DNA of 63,678 bases, filler included, from Octopus bimaculoides (Eukaryota): assembly GCF_001194135.2 (NCBI RefSeq). It is 5 parts of 5 records of this genome, joined end to end, with 100 filler letters (N's around TTAATTAATTAA, not from the genome) between each part and the next. Parts side by side here need not be neighbours in the genome. Positions count along the whole stretch, not along the records: positions 1 to 26,409 come from NC_068985.1; positions 26,510 to 40,509 come from NC_068995.1; 3 more parts are not named here. One strand, 5' to 3'. Made by a program: the position numbers and the translations under genes. The notes below the pieces were generated by a model, which searched no databases, was not told the origin of the DNA, and saw only the letters and a program-made list of their open reading frames with translations. Positions 24,202 to 37,389 of this stretch are shown here, piece by piece. Every line of letters begins with the position of its first letter. Positions within the stretch are counted from its first letter, which is position 1.

Positions 24202-26453
24202 TATTCTTCATATATCATTTCCTTAGCTTTAGAAACAACATTTAACGTTTGACTACATTTTTAAAATGAAAGCAGATATTTCCGTATTTCATTAAAAGTA
24301 TCAGTTAATCTACGTTTCTTTAGTGGTTTCATGCTATTAATTATGACATAGACATGACTGAAATTGTTGTCATAGGAAGCCATATTCAATGTCTTGCTTT
24401 GCTATAGTTTTTTTTTTCTCTCTCGATAAAACTAAAAGAAAATTATTCGAAGTCTTTTATTTATATAGTGATATGTAATGTTGCTTATGATTTCATGAGC
24501 AAATCATTAATAGTTGGAATGTATTCATCTAATTTTTGAAAAATATTTCCTGATTTATTCCATCATTTTTCAAATCAAACTCAAGATCAAAAGCAAAGCA
24601 GCTCCAAACAATATATAAAACTAAGAAATTTTAAGTCTTGATCATTATAACTAAATAAAGTCTGCGTTTATCTTCCTATTATAATTGACTTAAATTTCAG
24701 TTTTAGCCCAGTATCGTTATTTTCCTAGTCATTAATGATATAAAATTTTTAGAAGGCAGACAAATAACTGTGATTATTGGCTTAATTATTTAGCGAAAAT
24801 AATTCAATTATTTGTTTCTTACAACAATTTAACGATTTACCTATCAAAAGAAATATTTCTGAAATATACAGAGTATATTCTCATAGTTTATTTCAATCTG
24901 TTTTGATTGTGTAAATGGTGTGGTTGACACTACAAGTAAAACTTATTTAAAACTTGTAACTTCTCTTGGGAAAGAGAGTGGGGAGAGATGGAGAAGAAAG
25001 AAAAGTAAAAAAAAAAAAAATAAATAAAGAGAGGAAGAAAAAAGACAGAAGGACAGAAAGAAAGAATGAAAGAAAGAAAGAATAAAAGAAAGAAAGAAGG
25101 AATGTAAGGTAAAAGAAAGAAAGGAAAACGCAATGACAGCGAGTTGATATCATCACCGATTTGAAATATTTTTCCACGGTAAATTTACGGGTATTATTAA
25201 ATTATTATACATATTTCTTATTTTAAACAGTAGAAATTACATGAAAAATATATCTTAGTTATACAAAAGTTTTGTACTTTTGTCGCTTATTTTTTCTATC
25301 TCGCGCCAACGTGCATACCATATATTTTAAGGACCTTTGAGACATAAGTGCTACCCACTATCTCTAAGCAAACTTTGTTGTTCATGGCTACACTCTATAT
25401 TCAAATCTTCTTTCTAAATGGTAGCATTTGATTCTATGCTGTCGCCACCCCTCATGTTGCTCCTGTGTTTCACGCACAGATCAATAACAACGACTTCTTG
25501 GTACTTTGATTCAAAATCTCTCCTAGAAAACTTGTGTCTTCTCTCACTGAACTTCATAAAACATCAAAAACTATTCTGACCGATCAGCACACATACAAAA
25601 TTTACACTGAAATCAGACTCATACTTCTCTACAAATACGCACTCTGAAACTCTTTATCAACAGGCTCCTGATAATTTAATTTTCCTCTAACAGCAAAACG
25701 AAAAACTCAGTAGTTCTACACATACATTCACGAGTATGTATATGATGTTCAAATGTTCAATTTCTAACCAATCATTGATAAGCTACTTGTATCACGTCGT
25801 TCTGATTTTGGAGCATTTTTAGCTGAAAAAGCAACTGCCCCAAAGAGTCGAATGGTTCTTGCAAAAATATGCAAATTTCACTCATCACCAGAGTTGTCTC
25901 CATTGTCAGACGAATCCATGTCCAGTTTGGAACCAGGTTTACAGAAAGTCACATTTACATACAAAGTTAAATATTCTGTTTACTTGCTTATCAATATATT
26001 CCCTCTGTTATATGCATGTAACGTTTACTTTTAGAAGGTTTATAGAATACCAGCTGACCCCGTGCCATCACAAATGACGGCTAATTGTTGTATGTAATAT
26101 ATATAAAAAGAGTACAAAAAGGTGACAAAAATAAAACAATGCTTCAACTCTGTGTGTGTGTGTGTGCGCGTGCGTGCGTGTGTGCATATGTATACATTTA
26201 TATGTATGAGTAGCACACTCTGTAGCGAACTCAGTTTTCTATACTTTGTCACATGCCGCTTCCTTCCTTTTTAAGCGTGTCTGTTTATATCTACTACATA
26301 TGTGGGAAATTCTGTCTCTGTGTGTGTTTGTGGAGTTGTTAGCTAACTACTCCTACATCGTTTTATCGATTTTGATGAAACTTGACATGTGAGTAGAACT
26401 CATGGCTGGNNNNNNNNNNNNNNNNNNNNNNNNNNNNNNNNNNNNNNNNNNNN

Positions 26454-26465
26454 TTAATTAATTAA
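26454..26465. other. Assembly gap linker TTAATTAATTAA (also 40554-40565, 58313-58324, 60316-60327)
   Basis: Each is centred in an exact 44N+12+44N = 100-bp gap and has stop codons in all six frames. Confidence 0.97.
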
Positions 26466-27559
26466 NNNNNNNNNNNNNNNNNNNNNNNNNNNNNNNNNNN
26501 NNNNNNNNNTGTTATTGTTTCACTTTTGACACATAATACTGAAATAGTGGAGGAGATATATTGCTGTGGGCTCGAACTATGCAAGAAGTTAAAAATTTTT
26601 TGGCCTAAGACACTACATGGACCCTAAGTAAGGCATGTGTTAATTTGGAATGAAATTGGTTGTGTAGTTCTCGAGTTTTAGGGATTCACACAGACACACA
26701 TTCTCATCTTTACATATCTGATATTTATGCACATATTCGAAAATTCTAGTGTTATGGACCCTGTAAAAAGGATTTTGCTCCTGAAAAATGGAGCTCTTGG
26801 AGCCGAAAAATGTGGGAGTTAAGGTCCCAATTGGGGGTGGGTGTGTTAATATCAACCAGAGAAGTTGAATTGTTGGGAATGTTTTTAACTTGGGTCTAAT
26901 ATGCATTGTTTGAATTTCTTTGAAATAGGAAATATATGTATGTTCACTGGGTTTGTAAAAGAGAGCAAAGCTACAGGAAACCAAAAGACAAATGATCGCA
27001 ATAAGCAGTCAGCTACCCTACCCTAGTCATTTCCTCACCATACAGGTGACAGGCACAGCTGTAAGATGCATTACGGATCTATAGTAATTGACCCAAATAA
27101 AATAAACATTAACAACTGTGTAATGTGAGGGCTAAGGGGAAATGAAAATGTCACCTCTTGAGTTTGTAACTGACCACTAAACTGATAGGTAACTGGACAG
27201 AATAAATTTACAATCTATAAATGTCTTTGAATAACCAGTCACTCATATGGGAAGGCCTTGAAATCAATGTTACCAAGTGGGGACTATGTGTGACCCAGTG
27301 ATAATAAAAAGATTCAAAGGAGGTCTGCAAGGAAATAACTTTACTCAATACTTTGCAAGTGAATCAGTGGAGGGAAAGATGCCTGTCATTTACTTGACAA
27401 TTTATGCACCACATTGCAGAAATCGCAATGTAAGTATATCTCAAAGCGAACTCTTACACTGTTGTACCATTGAATTACAAATAACGCTCATCTTGTGTGC
27501 TTGGGTGACCCTACAGCTTCCAAGAGTACAAGTGTATTCGTCTTTGCTTAGATAAAATG

Positions 27560-28154
27560 ACTGAATTGTGGGTGTTAAGTCCCCATGAAGAGGTCTTTCT
27601 AACTTCTAAGAAGAAATTTTAGAAATATTACTTCATTTGTGTGTAATATCTATGGTTAAAATTTCATCAACAGGAAAAATATATGAATTTTCATGGTGGT
27701 TATGGCCCTTATGCATAAAGATCCTTTCAGTACTTTTGACGTAGTTTTGGGTCATAAAAAATGACTAAAATTTGGGAGTTAAGGCCCCCATTTGGGGGTC
27801 TTAGAATCCTCATGAGAAGTAGAAAGTTTGAGAATACATCTTGATGTGTGTCAATTACCCATGGTTGAAATTTCATCAACATTGAAAATTTATGAATTTT
27901 CATGGTGGTTCTGCTCCCTTTAAGCCATCTGAAATTCAAATCAAACACTATACCTGCCCTTATGCATTGAATCTAAGTTCCAAATATCATAAGGATCCAT
28001 TCAGTAATTTTGGTCCATGAAATTGTATGAAACACACAGCAACTCCGTAGGCTTGGATTTTGTGTTCCAAATTTCATTAGGATTGATGCAGTATTTTTCG
28101 AATGTATAAGTAACACACAAACACACATAAAGACATTGACTTTTATATAAGAGA
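27560..28154 (-). mobile_element. Non-autonomous Helitron-like element, 5' part with internal degenerate repeats
   Basis: Minus strand begins A|TCTCTTATATAAAAG, then (TG)n and AATACTGCATCAATCCTAATGAAATTTGG, typical of Helitron-N 5' ends. Internal duplicated ACCACCATGAAAATTCATA...GTTGATGAAATTT block. Confidence 0.45.
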
Positions 28155-28193
28155 TATGAATATACATATATACATACATGTATATGTATGTAT

Positions 28194-28238
<45 letters not shown>

Positions 28239-28279
28239 TATATANNNNNNNNNNTGTGTGTGTGTGTGTGTGTGTGTAT

Positions 28280-28312
<33 letters not shown>

Positions 28313-28376
28313 ATGTGTGAATTATATATATATATGTGTGTGTGTGTGTATTATATATAAATATATATATATATAT

Positions 28377-30590
28377 GGTACGAGTTGACAGTACCATGGC
28401 AGATAAAGCAATTAAGAGTATGAAGACAGAGAAAGTCCCCGGCCCATCAGGAATCACTGCAGAGATGCTCAAAATATCTGGCAATGTCGGTAATACACGA
28501 AGGAGTCATACCCAATGACTGGTGTAGCAGCATCATAGTCAACTGCTACAAAGGTAAAGGTGACGCTTTAGATACAAATAATTACAGAGGTATCAAGTTG
28601 TTAGATCAGGTAATGAAAGTCACGAAGAGGGTCATAGCCCAACTAATTCAGGAGAGAGTCAGCTTAGATGAGATGCAGTTTAGGTTCGTGCCAGGGAAAA
28701 GCACCACTGTTGCTATATTTCTGATAAGACGGCTGCAAGAGAAATACCTAGCCAAAGATAAACCTCTGTACCTGGCTTTCGTTGACATGGAGAAAGCCTT
28801 TGACAGGGTCCCCTGTTCCCTTATCTGCTGGTCAATGAGGAAATTAGGGATAGATGAATGGTTAGTGAGAGCTGTGCGAGCCATGTACAGGGACGCTGTC
28901 AGTAAGGTGAGGGTTGGCAACGAGTAAAGTGAAGAATTCCGGGTAGAGGTAGGAGTCCACCAAGGTTCAGTCCTCAGCCCCCTCCTATTTATCATAGTCC
29001 TCCAGGCAATAACACAGGAATTCAAGACAGGGTGCCCCTGAAAGCTCCCCTATGTTAATGACCTTGCTCTAATTGCTGAGTCACTATCAGAACTAGAAGA
29101 GAAGTTTCAGGTGTGGAAGCAAAGATTAGAATCAAAGGGCCTTAGAGTCAACCTAGCTAAAACCAAAGTCCTAATAAGTAGGAAGGTAGACAAAACACAA
29201 ACCCCTTCAGGTAGATGGCCCTACTCAATCTGTAGAAAAGGTATAGGTAGAAAAACTCTATAAGATATACCCAGTGTAAGCTATGGACACATAAGAGGTG
29301 CAGCAATATCAAAGGAAGGCTAACTAGGAAGTTAGTTTTTGTACGTGGCAGATGTTCAGGAGCAATAAACACTGAAAATGTGCAGAGAACAACTTCTGCC
29401 ACATTCCAGGNNNNNNNNNNNNNNNNNNNNNNNNNNNNNNNNNNNNNNNNNNNNNGGTGACAAAGGGACTCTCACTCAGAGTAAAAGGCAGACTGTATGA
29501 CGCATGTGTACGAACAGCCATGCTACATGGCAGTGAAACATGGGCCGTGACTGCTGAGGACATGCGTAAGCTTGCAAGGAATGAAGCCAGTATGCTCCGA
29601 TGGATGTGTAATGTCAGTGTGCATACTTGACAGAGTGTAAGTACCTTGAGAGAAAAGTTGATCCTAAGAAGCATCAGTTGTGGTGTGCAAGAGAGACGAT
29701 TGTGCTAGTATGGTCATGTGGCGAGAATGGATGAGGATAGCTGTGTGAAAAAGTGCCACAGCCTAGCGGTTGAGGGTACCTGTGGAAGAGGTAGACCCAG
29801 GAAAACCTGGGATGAGATGATGAAGCACGACCTTCGAACATTAAGCCTCACTGAGGCAATGACTTATGACCGAGACCTTTGGAAATATGCTGTGTGTGAG
29901 AAGACCCAGCAAACTAAATGAGACAATAATCTGAGGCCTTTGCCAGGGGTATACCCAGCCCACTTATGTGTACCTTTCCTTCATTGGACACTAAACTCCG
30001 CTTGCGAAGACCTGTTGAGGCAAGTGAAATTGAAATCGAACCAAATTCGATGACTGGCACCCATGCCAACCTCTCCTTCATTGGACACTAAACTCGGCTT
30101 GTGAAGACCTGTTGGGGCAAGTGAAAGCGAAATCGTGATGGCACCTGTACCAGTGGAGCGCTAAGAGCACCGTCTGAACGTGATTGTTGCCAGACCAGCT
30201 GACTGGCTTCCGTGCCTGTGGCACGTAAATAGCACCATTTGAGCGTGATCATTACCAGCGTCGCCTTACTGGCACTTATGCCGGTGGCATGTGAAAAGAC
30301 ATTCCAGCGAGGTCGTTGTCAGTGCCGCTGGAGTGGCTCCTGTGCAGGTGGCACGTAAAATACACCATTTCGAGCGTGGCCGTTGCCAGTACCGCCTGAC
30401 TGGCCTTCGTGCCGGTGACACGTAAAGCACCCACTACACTCTCGGAGTGGTTGGCGTTAGGAAGGGCATCCAGCTGTAGAAACTCTGCCAAATCAGATTG
30501 GAGCCTGGTGTAGCCATCTTGTTCGCCAGCTCTCAGTCAAATTTTCCAATCCATGCTAACATGGAAGGCGGACATTAAATGATGATGATG
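28377..30590 (+). mobile_element. 5'-truncated RTE-clade LINE (RT, PHD-like insert, 3'UTR, (ATG)n tail), pseudogenised
   Basis: KGKGDALD..NYRGIKLL, AFVDMEKAFDRVP, GVHQGSVLSPLLF, YVND, WYGHVARM..GRPRKTW motifs. Inserted in (TA)n. Stops and frameshifts present. Confidence 0.95.
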
Positions 30591-30694
30591 AATCAATGGG
30601 GGTATGCCAGATAATCATTCTGAAATATAAGTTAAAATTTTATTGTTAATTTCCACCTGTAAAAGGACATATTTTCTAAGATATTTTCATATAG

Positions 30695-30930
30695 GTGCAG
30701 GAGTGGCTGTGTGGTAAGTAGCTTGCTTACCAACCACATGGTTCAGGGTTCAGTCCCACTGCATGGCACCTTGGGCAAGTGTCTTCTACTATAGCCTTGG
30801 ACCAACCAAAGCCTTGTGAGTGGATTTGGTAGATGGAAACTGAAAGAAGCCCGTCGTATATATGTATATATATATATATATATGTGTATGTGTGTCTGTG
30901 TTTGTCCTCCCAACATCGCTTGACAACTGA
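30695..30930 (+). mobile_element. SINE family B (head, CORE-like module, microsatellite, partial tail)
   Basis: GGTGCAGGAGTGGCTGTGTGGTAAGTAGCTTGCTTACC...GCACCTTGGGCAAGTGTCTTC. Confidence 0.9.
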
Positions 30931-32285
30931 TGCATCCCTTAATGTTGCACTGCCAGTTACTACTTTCCTCCTCCTTCCATCTCTTGTCATTATCATCCTT
31001 TCCTATGTGTTTGCAGCTATTCTCCACCTTCTCTCACTTAACTCTCCCATCCTATACTGATATTTCCCATCAAGTCACCCCCACCCACTCCTGTTCATCA
31101 CTTACTACAATATACCTCTACTTCCATATCTAACTATTTGTTATCATGCTCTTATAACTGTCTTCTTCCTCCTGATCTACTACTCATATCATCACTTGCA
31201 CTTTGAGGGTTTGCTCAGACATCTCATCACTATCATCTTATCTGTTTCCAAGATACTCTCACCCTTACATAATGCAGAGTAGTCATGTATCTTCTCTGTA
31301 GCAAGATACCACTGCTTGTCCATGACATAAAACCATCTCTCAAATACTTCCCTTGCTTATTCAAGAGGGTTTTACCCTGTTCTTTTCTATCTTGCAATAA
31401 AATTTTATTGAAATGTCACATTCCAAAATCTCAATAGTACTGGTAGCACAAAAACCCCTACCCAGTACACACTGTAAAATGGCTGGTGTTAGGAAGGGTA
31501 TCCAGCCATAGAAACCATGCCAAAGCTGATATGGTGCACAATGCAGCCCTGCAGCTCACAAGATCCTGTCAAACCATCCAACCATGCTAGCAAAGTAAAG
31601 AGATGATGATGATGTATGTATGTATGCTACCTATACATTCAAATCCTCAATTTTAGAAGCACACCATGAAATTGTAAGAGAATGGGAGATCTCATGGAAG
31701 TCCAGTCTATCCAATGAGCATAAAATGAAACTAGTTGTTACCCATCACTATGCTGTTGGGTAATGACCTAGTCAAGATGAAAGAGACCCTTCAGCAGAAG
31801 CCTACTACAATGATCACATTGATATGCTCAACAACCTGCTTTTTCTCTCTTGAAACAAATTTTAATTCTATCTTTCATTCTCTCTCCCTCTCCCTCTCAC
31901 TGTATTTCTCTCTCAACAAGAATAACAACAACCTATCATTATAGTGAAAGTCTCTTTTTAAAGTCTGCATTGCATCGTCTGTATATTGAAAGACATAAAG
32001 AAATACAGAAATACACACATGAACAATCAAAATGATAACTTTATGTATTATATATTTATAGTTATGTTTTGAAATGTGTGTTGTGTTGTATTGACAGACT
32101 CGCACTTAAAATTCCTGTGTTTTTAATCAAAACATGTTCGTTACTATGTTGACAACACTATCTTTCACATACACACTATCTCTCTCTAAACAACAACTTT
32201 TTTCTCCTCTCCTTCTAAATAAATGTGTCAGTATATTGAAAGGCATACAGAAACACACACAAACAACCAAAAAGATAACTATATG

Positions 32286-32339
<54 letters not shown>

Positions 32340-33026
32340 ACACACATAATATCTTCTGAAGTCTGTTGCATTGTGTTGACAATGTTGCACTTTTTGTTAG
32401 TTATTATGGTGACAACACCACCGGACGATCTATCTTTCACTGTATTTCTCCCTCAACAATAATTTGTTCTCCTCCTCTTCTAAATAAATGTTGTGACATG
32501 GGTTATTTCCTCTTTTACCCTCCCTCTAATAGATGTGATGTATATACAGATGGAGATCAGTTTCTCTTCTATACTGAAAGATTTAAATAAAAGTTCATCT
32601 CAGTTACACTACTTATTTCAACACTATTATTAGATTGTATTGCTAATTATAATTCCAATATATGATTGTACTGGATGAGTTGCTGTATTTTCAAGAGTAT
32701 TCTTTTTACTTTTCATTTCTAGACTTTGTTTAGTTTCAAAATCTTTGTTCATTTCTATATGCACTATGTACATGAATAAATCAGTGTGTGTGTGTACATA
32801 AGAACATCTGTGATGTACATGTGAATAAGGTTAAAGAAGAGAACAGCCATTGAATGTAGTTATACTCAAGAAAAATGCACATTTCTCTTCACCTATAACT
32901 AAAAATCAAGACATACTTTGCTAAGAAATTACATATTAAAATAATTATTAAACATAGTTGCTATAAAACAGACAAGAAAAGAAAGATATAGTCCTGGTTA
33001 TCATATAAAACTTAACTTTAAAGATA

Positions 33027-33470
33027 CTACGATGAAATCAAATTTATCATTCTGACCTTCTCATGTAACAGTGGCAACACTTTTTCATGACAGCCCTCAT
33101 CATAATTTAGAGCTTGATTCATCAATTGCTGGTTGACCTTCTTCTTCTTGTAGACAGTTGGTTCACTTCTTGATAATGGAGGTGGGGAACAGCTGAAAGA
33201 AGGGTCTGCAAAAGTCTTGTAGAAGTTTTTGCCAAGAGATCGAATTGGGCGATTGTCATATGCCTCATATTTGGATTCTGTCATTGGCCTTTGTATGACA
33301 GAAGAATACAGTTTACTACAAGATGTAATTTTGCCATCATCATTGCTTACTGAGTTATTTGGATTTTCAGTGGTGATTGGTGAAAAGAGAGGGGTGTAAA
33401 ATATCACAGGTTTAATCAAAGAAGCATCCTCATTAAGCTCATTTAGATAAATGGGTACATTATTAGCCAT
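33027..33470 (-). pseudogene. 147-aa non-transposon ORF of unknown function within a longer decayed coding-like tract
   Basis: Complex, non-microsatellite ORF (MANNVPIYLNEL...LLHEK) with a possible acceptor ttctcatttatag just upstream. Flanking minus-strand sequence is coding-like but stop-ridden. No family recognised. Confidence 0.3.
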
Positions 33471-34789
33471 ATTTCAGTAGATGTTATCTATAAATGAGAA
33501 GAAATAAAATAATTATTTTCAGCTGAGTACAGTAAATACTGATAGATTCAATAGACAGTAAAGAAATATATACACTAGATCTTTAAACTGTTACAACTTT
33601 TACTACTGCAAGTTTTTTGGTGACTTTTAGCATTACAGCTATATATTTTGCTCTACAGCTTTTGTCAATTCTCTTTTATACGAAGTTTTGAGACCTACTT
33701 AATTGCTTGGCATAATAAAATTCTTTAGAACAATTTTCTTAATTGCACCTACTTTTTTCACTTTCAGCATTGAGTGTATTATATACACATCATGAACTTT
33801 TCACATTTTCACACTTTTGGACTCACTTTCTGACTTCACATCAGAAGGCTGCATGTAAAGACTTATACTTAAACTATTCTATACAATACATTTTGAAATT
33901 TCAATAACCTTTGTTTTTTACACACAATTTACTGTCATTGCTCTTTATATGTGCTTTCTTGATTTTTGCTGTTAGAGATAACAGTAATTTTCTAAAGGCT
34001 TTATCTTGAACTGTTATAAACATTTTCAACCATCAATATGAACTTTTGGCTGTTTTCACATTTACTGTATTGTTCATTTTTATTGGACACATTTTGCTCA
34101 TGTTTTCTTTCCTTTTTGCATGTACATTTTTGTTAACATTTGTTGTATATGTTTCTCTTGGCTACATTTTTTTTCTAGCTTTCGTTTATCGCTCTCACGG
34201 TTGAATCTCTGGTGAGAGGGTAGATGTAGCAGAAGCATGATTGCTCTTGAACTTTAGCTGCCTACATTTTGGCTTTTTACTTTTAGCTACCCATTTTGGT
34301 TCACCACGTGACAATCAGGTTCATTTAACTTTATTTGGATTGTCCACCCCTTAATGTGATGGACTAGCCTAGTATCTGTACATCAGCTTTAAAATAGGAG
34401 TATTTTGGTTCGTTAAACTAAAGAAGGTGAGTTTTGCTATGAGCAGCCTGTGACCTTTGATGTGAAAACAATTTGATTTTACTTTGCAATTTTCAGCTTG
34501 AACAGAATTCAAACCAAAATTCTTGACATTACCAACACTTAAATAGAACTGTAGCCAAAATTTGTGTGATGTTATGCTTCAGGTTTTTCTAATCATTTAT
34601 CTTAATTTTTATGAGTATTTGAAACTATACAATGTATTGACGATTATTAATATCCTACCAGTTTGCTATATCTAATTTTAGTAATAAATAGTAATAAATA
34701 TTTCCATGTGGTCAATTGCAACTTATCTTTGAATTCATTTATTAATATCTATTCTTACATCATTTAACAGAGGACATAACATATCGGAC

Positions 34790-34900
34790 CTTAACTGCAA
34801 TTCATACAACCACATTTCTCTTTGGTAGCCATTGAACTTCCGTGTGCAACAACAAGCATTCAAAATCTCCATTCTTCTTAGAGCAGTGCTGTTGAAATGA
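34790..34900 (-). mobile_element. Buster-type hAT transposase fragment
   Basis: HCSKKNGDFECLLLHTEVQWLPKRN, matching the conserved LLLHTEVRWLSKG motif. Confidence 0.65.
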
Positions 34901-35559
34901 GGGGGGAATTGAGAATATGTGCTGTGATTTTATTTATTGCTGTTCATTGATTAGTTAAGTCTACCAATGATAGTGTCAGTTAGTTGCTCAAACATGATAT
35001 ACTGATCTCTCTCTTGTATCTGTTTCCAGATGTCTTACAAATAATAACTCTTGAACCAAATGTTAATCTTTGACAAAGAAAGCATAAAGAAACACATTTT
35101 TTGCTTGGCAAGAAACATACTTTTATTGCTTGGTAAAAGGATCTTTGGATGTTCTAAGGGTGTTGCACAATATATCTTCAATGTTATAGTATCCCACATT
35201 TAGAGACACTTGTAAAATGCATTTTTAGAGAAAAAATTTAGTACTTCCACCTTTTCATTTTAATTTTCACAGTTAAAATCCACCCCCACCAAAAAATAAC
35301 CGTATAAATTCTGATTTTATACAGGTTATTTTCATCTCTTCAGTGTTATGTAGGGATGAGCAGGTAAGACTTGGATAATGAATGTGCCTCTATGCTTCTT
35401 CAGAGGGTCCAGGTGGTTGGGAGGGCTAACATAAAAAAAAATAATAATAGCTACAGTGTGTTTGTCTTTTTAAAATAGAGTAGACAAAGAATAGGAGTAA
35501 GAATAAGAACAAGCATGAAGATGTAAGTGAAGTACATCTCAGTATAATGATTTGGGTAT

Positions 35560-35880
35560 AGCAAGAGGAAATAAGATAGACTTCCTGTGATGTATTATAG
35601 GATCCATGTTATTTCGTCCAGTAGTGGATAAGTGAATATAGTCGTTCTCAAGAGGAGTTTTTACAGGAAGGATAATTTTAGGCAGTAGTTCACATTATGT
35701 TTACATAGAGCTTCAGTGGTGGGTTTGAAGGTATGATGTGTGTTATGGAGGTGAAAGTTTATATGCAAAGTGCCAGTTAGTAGGTGTAATGTTGTGGATG
35801 GTATGGCATAAGCAGCTTTTGATGATGAACCCATCTTGGGTAAGTTTTTCTGTATTCTCCCCTCCATCCCGCATTTTTCC
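35560..35880 (-). mobile_element. Possible Penelope-like GIY-YIG C-terminal remnant
   Basis: Degenerate reading YRKTYPRWVHHQKL...LALCI..F....PSNPPLK resembles the PLE endonuclease C-terminus. Heavily decayed. Confidence 0.35.
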
Positions 35881-36799
35881 TGTGCATCTATAGACGCATA
35901 CATAGAACCTTATGTGCACGCTTGTGAATGTGTGCATTTGTGCGGGTATGTGCGTATATAGATGTGCGTGCATGCGAAAATATGCGCATATAAACGAGTT
36001 TTAACCTTATAGCTTTTTCACACTTTCTTCTGTATTTTGCTTTTAGCCCTGTGTTTCTTTTTGGTGTGCGTATGTATGGGTGCGAGGGTGTTGAGCGTGT
36101 GTGTGTGTGGGTGTGTATGCAGGTATATGTATATATTTAGTTTTTGGCGAATATGTGGGTGAGAACGTGTGTGTTTCAAGCGAGTGTGGTTGAGTATATA
36201 CATATAGGTGAATGTACGGATTGGTGCACTTACGCGAACACTTTAGACTTTTCTACTCCCTTACTTCGCGGTCCATAGCTCTTTTGTCTTAATAACGGTC
36301 AACCACACAGTAATTTCNNNNNNNNNNNNNNNNNNNNNNNNNNNNNNNNNNNNNNNNNNNNNNNNNNNNNNNNNNNNNNNNNNNNNNNNNNNNNNNNNNN
36401 NNNNNNNNNNNNNNNNNTTTCAAATTTACTTCATTTTTACTTTTTATTTACCTGTAATTTTAATTTGCCTGAAGGTAAGCGACAGGTTTTGATTTAAATT
36501 CTATGGTAAATCTTTATTATATATGTTCTTGTGTATGTCTGTGAGTATATTTCATTTAGTTGATGTATTTAATTTTCTAGTTTTCTTCAAAAACAAATTC
36601 CAGTATTTCATTTTGTTTTACATGTTCATATGTGTATTAAATTCAACTGATAATCTATATTTAACAAACTCTATCATTACACACTTTTTTAAAATAGGAT
36701 GTGTTTCATTATATATTTGTCAGATTTTCAGAATAATTGTCTTATATAAATTAGAACTAGTAGCTACTTTTCTTGAAAAAGAAACAGAATTTGTGTTAT

Positions 36800-37345
36800 C
36801 AAGTACCTGCAGAAAAAGGGCATGACGAAAGTTTCTGCTGAGTGGGTGTCATGTCCTCTGATACCAAATCAAAAGTGCACCATGCCAAATTACATGGGAA
36901 AATCTGACATTGAGGCAGATCCAGCTGGTTTCCTTCAACTGCCTCAGGTTTTGGAATGCAAAGAACATTACATTTATTGACTATCTTCAAAAGTGCTACA
37001 CCATCAATGGCAAGTACTATGCCAACTTGTTGAAGCAGTTAAAAAAGGATAGCAAGACCAAACACCCAAGGAAACTGACCAAAGAGGTCTTGTTTCATCA
37101 GGACAATGCTCCAGCACTTAAGTCCTTGATTTCAATAGCTGTGCATAGCTAGCTAATCACCTACTCCAATTCGCCAGATTTGGTCCCATCAGGCTAACAT
37201 GAAAAAGCACTTGGCTAGGAACTGATATTACAGTGATGATGACATCACACCTGCTGTTTATTACTTTTTTCACCAACAGAATGAGAGCTTGTTCACCAAT
37301 GGGATCCAAGTACTGCAACACCAATAGAAGTATTTGGACCCAAGG
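36800..37345 (+). mobile_element. Mariner (DD34D) transposase fragment
   Basis: FIDYLQKCYTINGKYYANLLKQLKK...KEVLFHQDNAPA, then a decayed SPDL-P and MKKHLA..YYSDDD region. Confidence 0.85.
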
Positions 37346-37389
37346 GCCAAGGGTTTTGTGTTAGTAGTTATAAAACATATATAAATATA

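Noticed and set aside
25880-26000. Acidic minus-strand peptide KLDMDSSDNGDNSGDE*
   Set aside because: Short, preceded by stops, with no recognisable family or reliable splice acceptor.
26454-26465. Recurrent palindromic TTAATTAATTAA (four occurrences)
   Set aside because: Always centred in an exact 100-bp N gap (44+12+44); a six-frame-stop scaffolding linker, not biology.
30230-30242. 13-nt match to the miR-29 5' end (TAGCACCATTTGA)
   Set aside because: Part of a repeated RTE 3'UTR module; the match stops at 13 nt and there is no precursor hairpin.
34790-34900. Apparent host exon with an excellent minus-strand acceptor
   Set aside because: Translates to LLLHTEVQWL, a hAT transposase motif.
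35325-35363. 39-nt plus-strand exon candidate (VIFISSVLCRDEQ, gtaaga donor); similar 52-nt minus-strand candidate at 10185-10236
   Set aside because: Splice-like words at this density are expected by chance; the first lies antisense in a probable PLE 3' region and neither has supporting homology.
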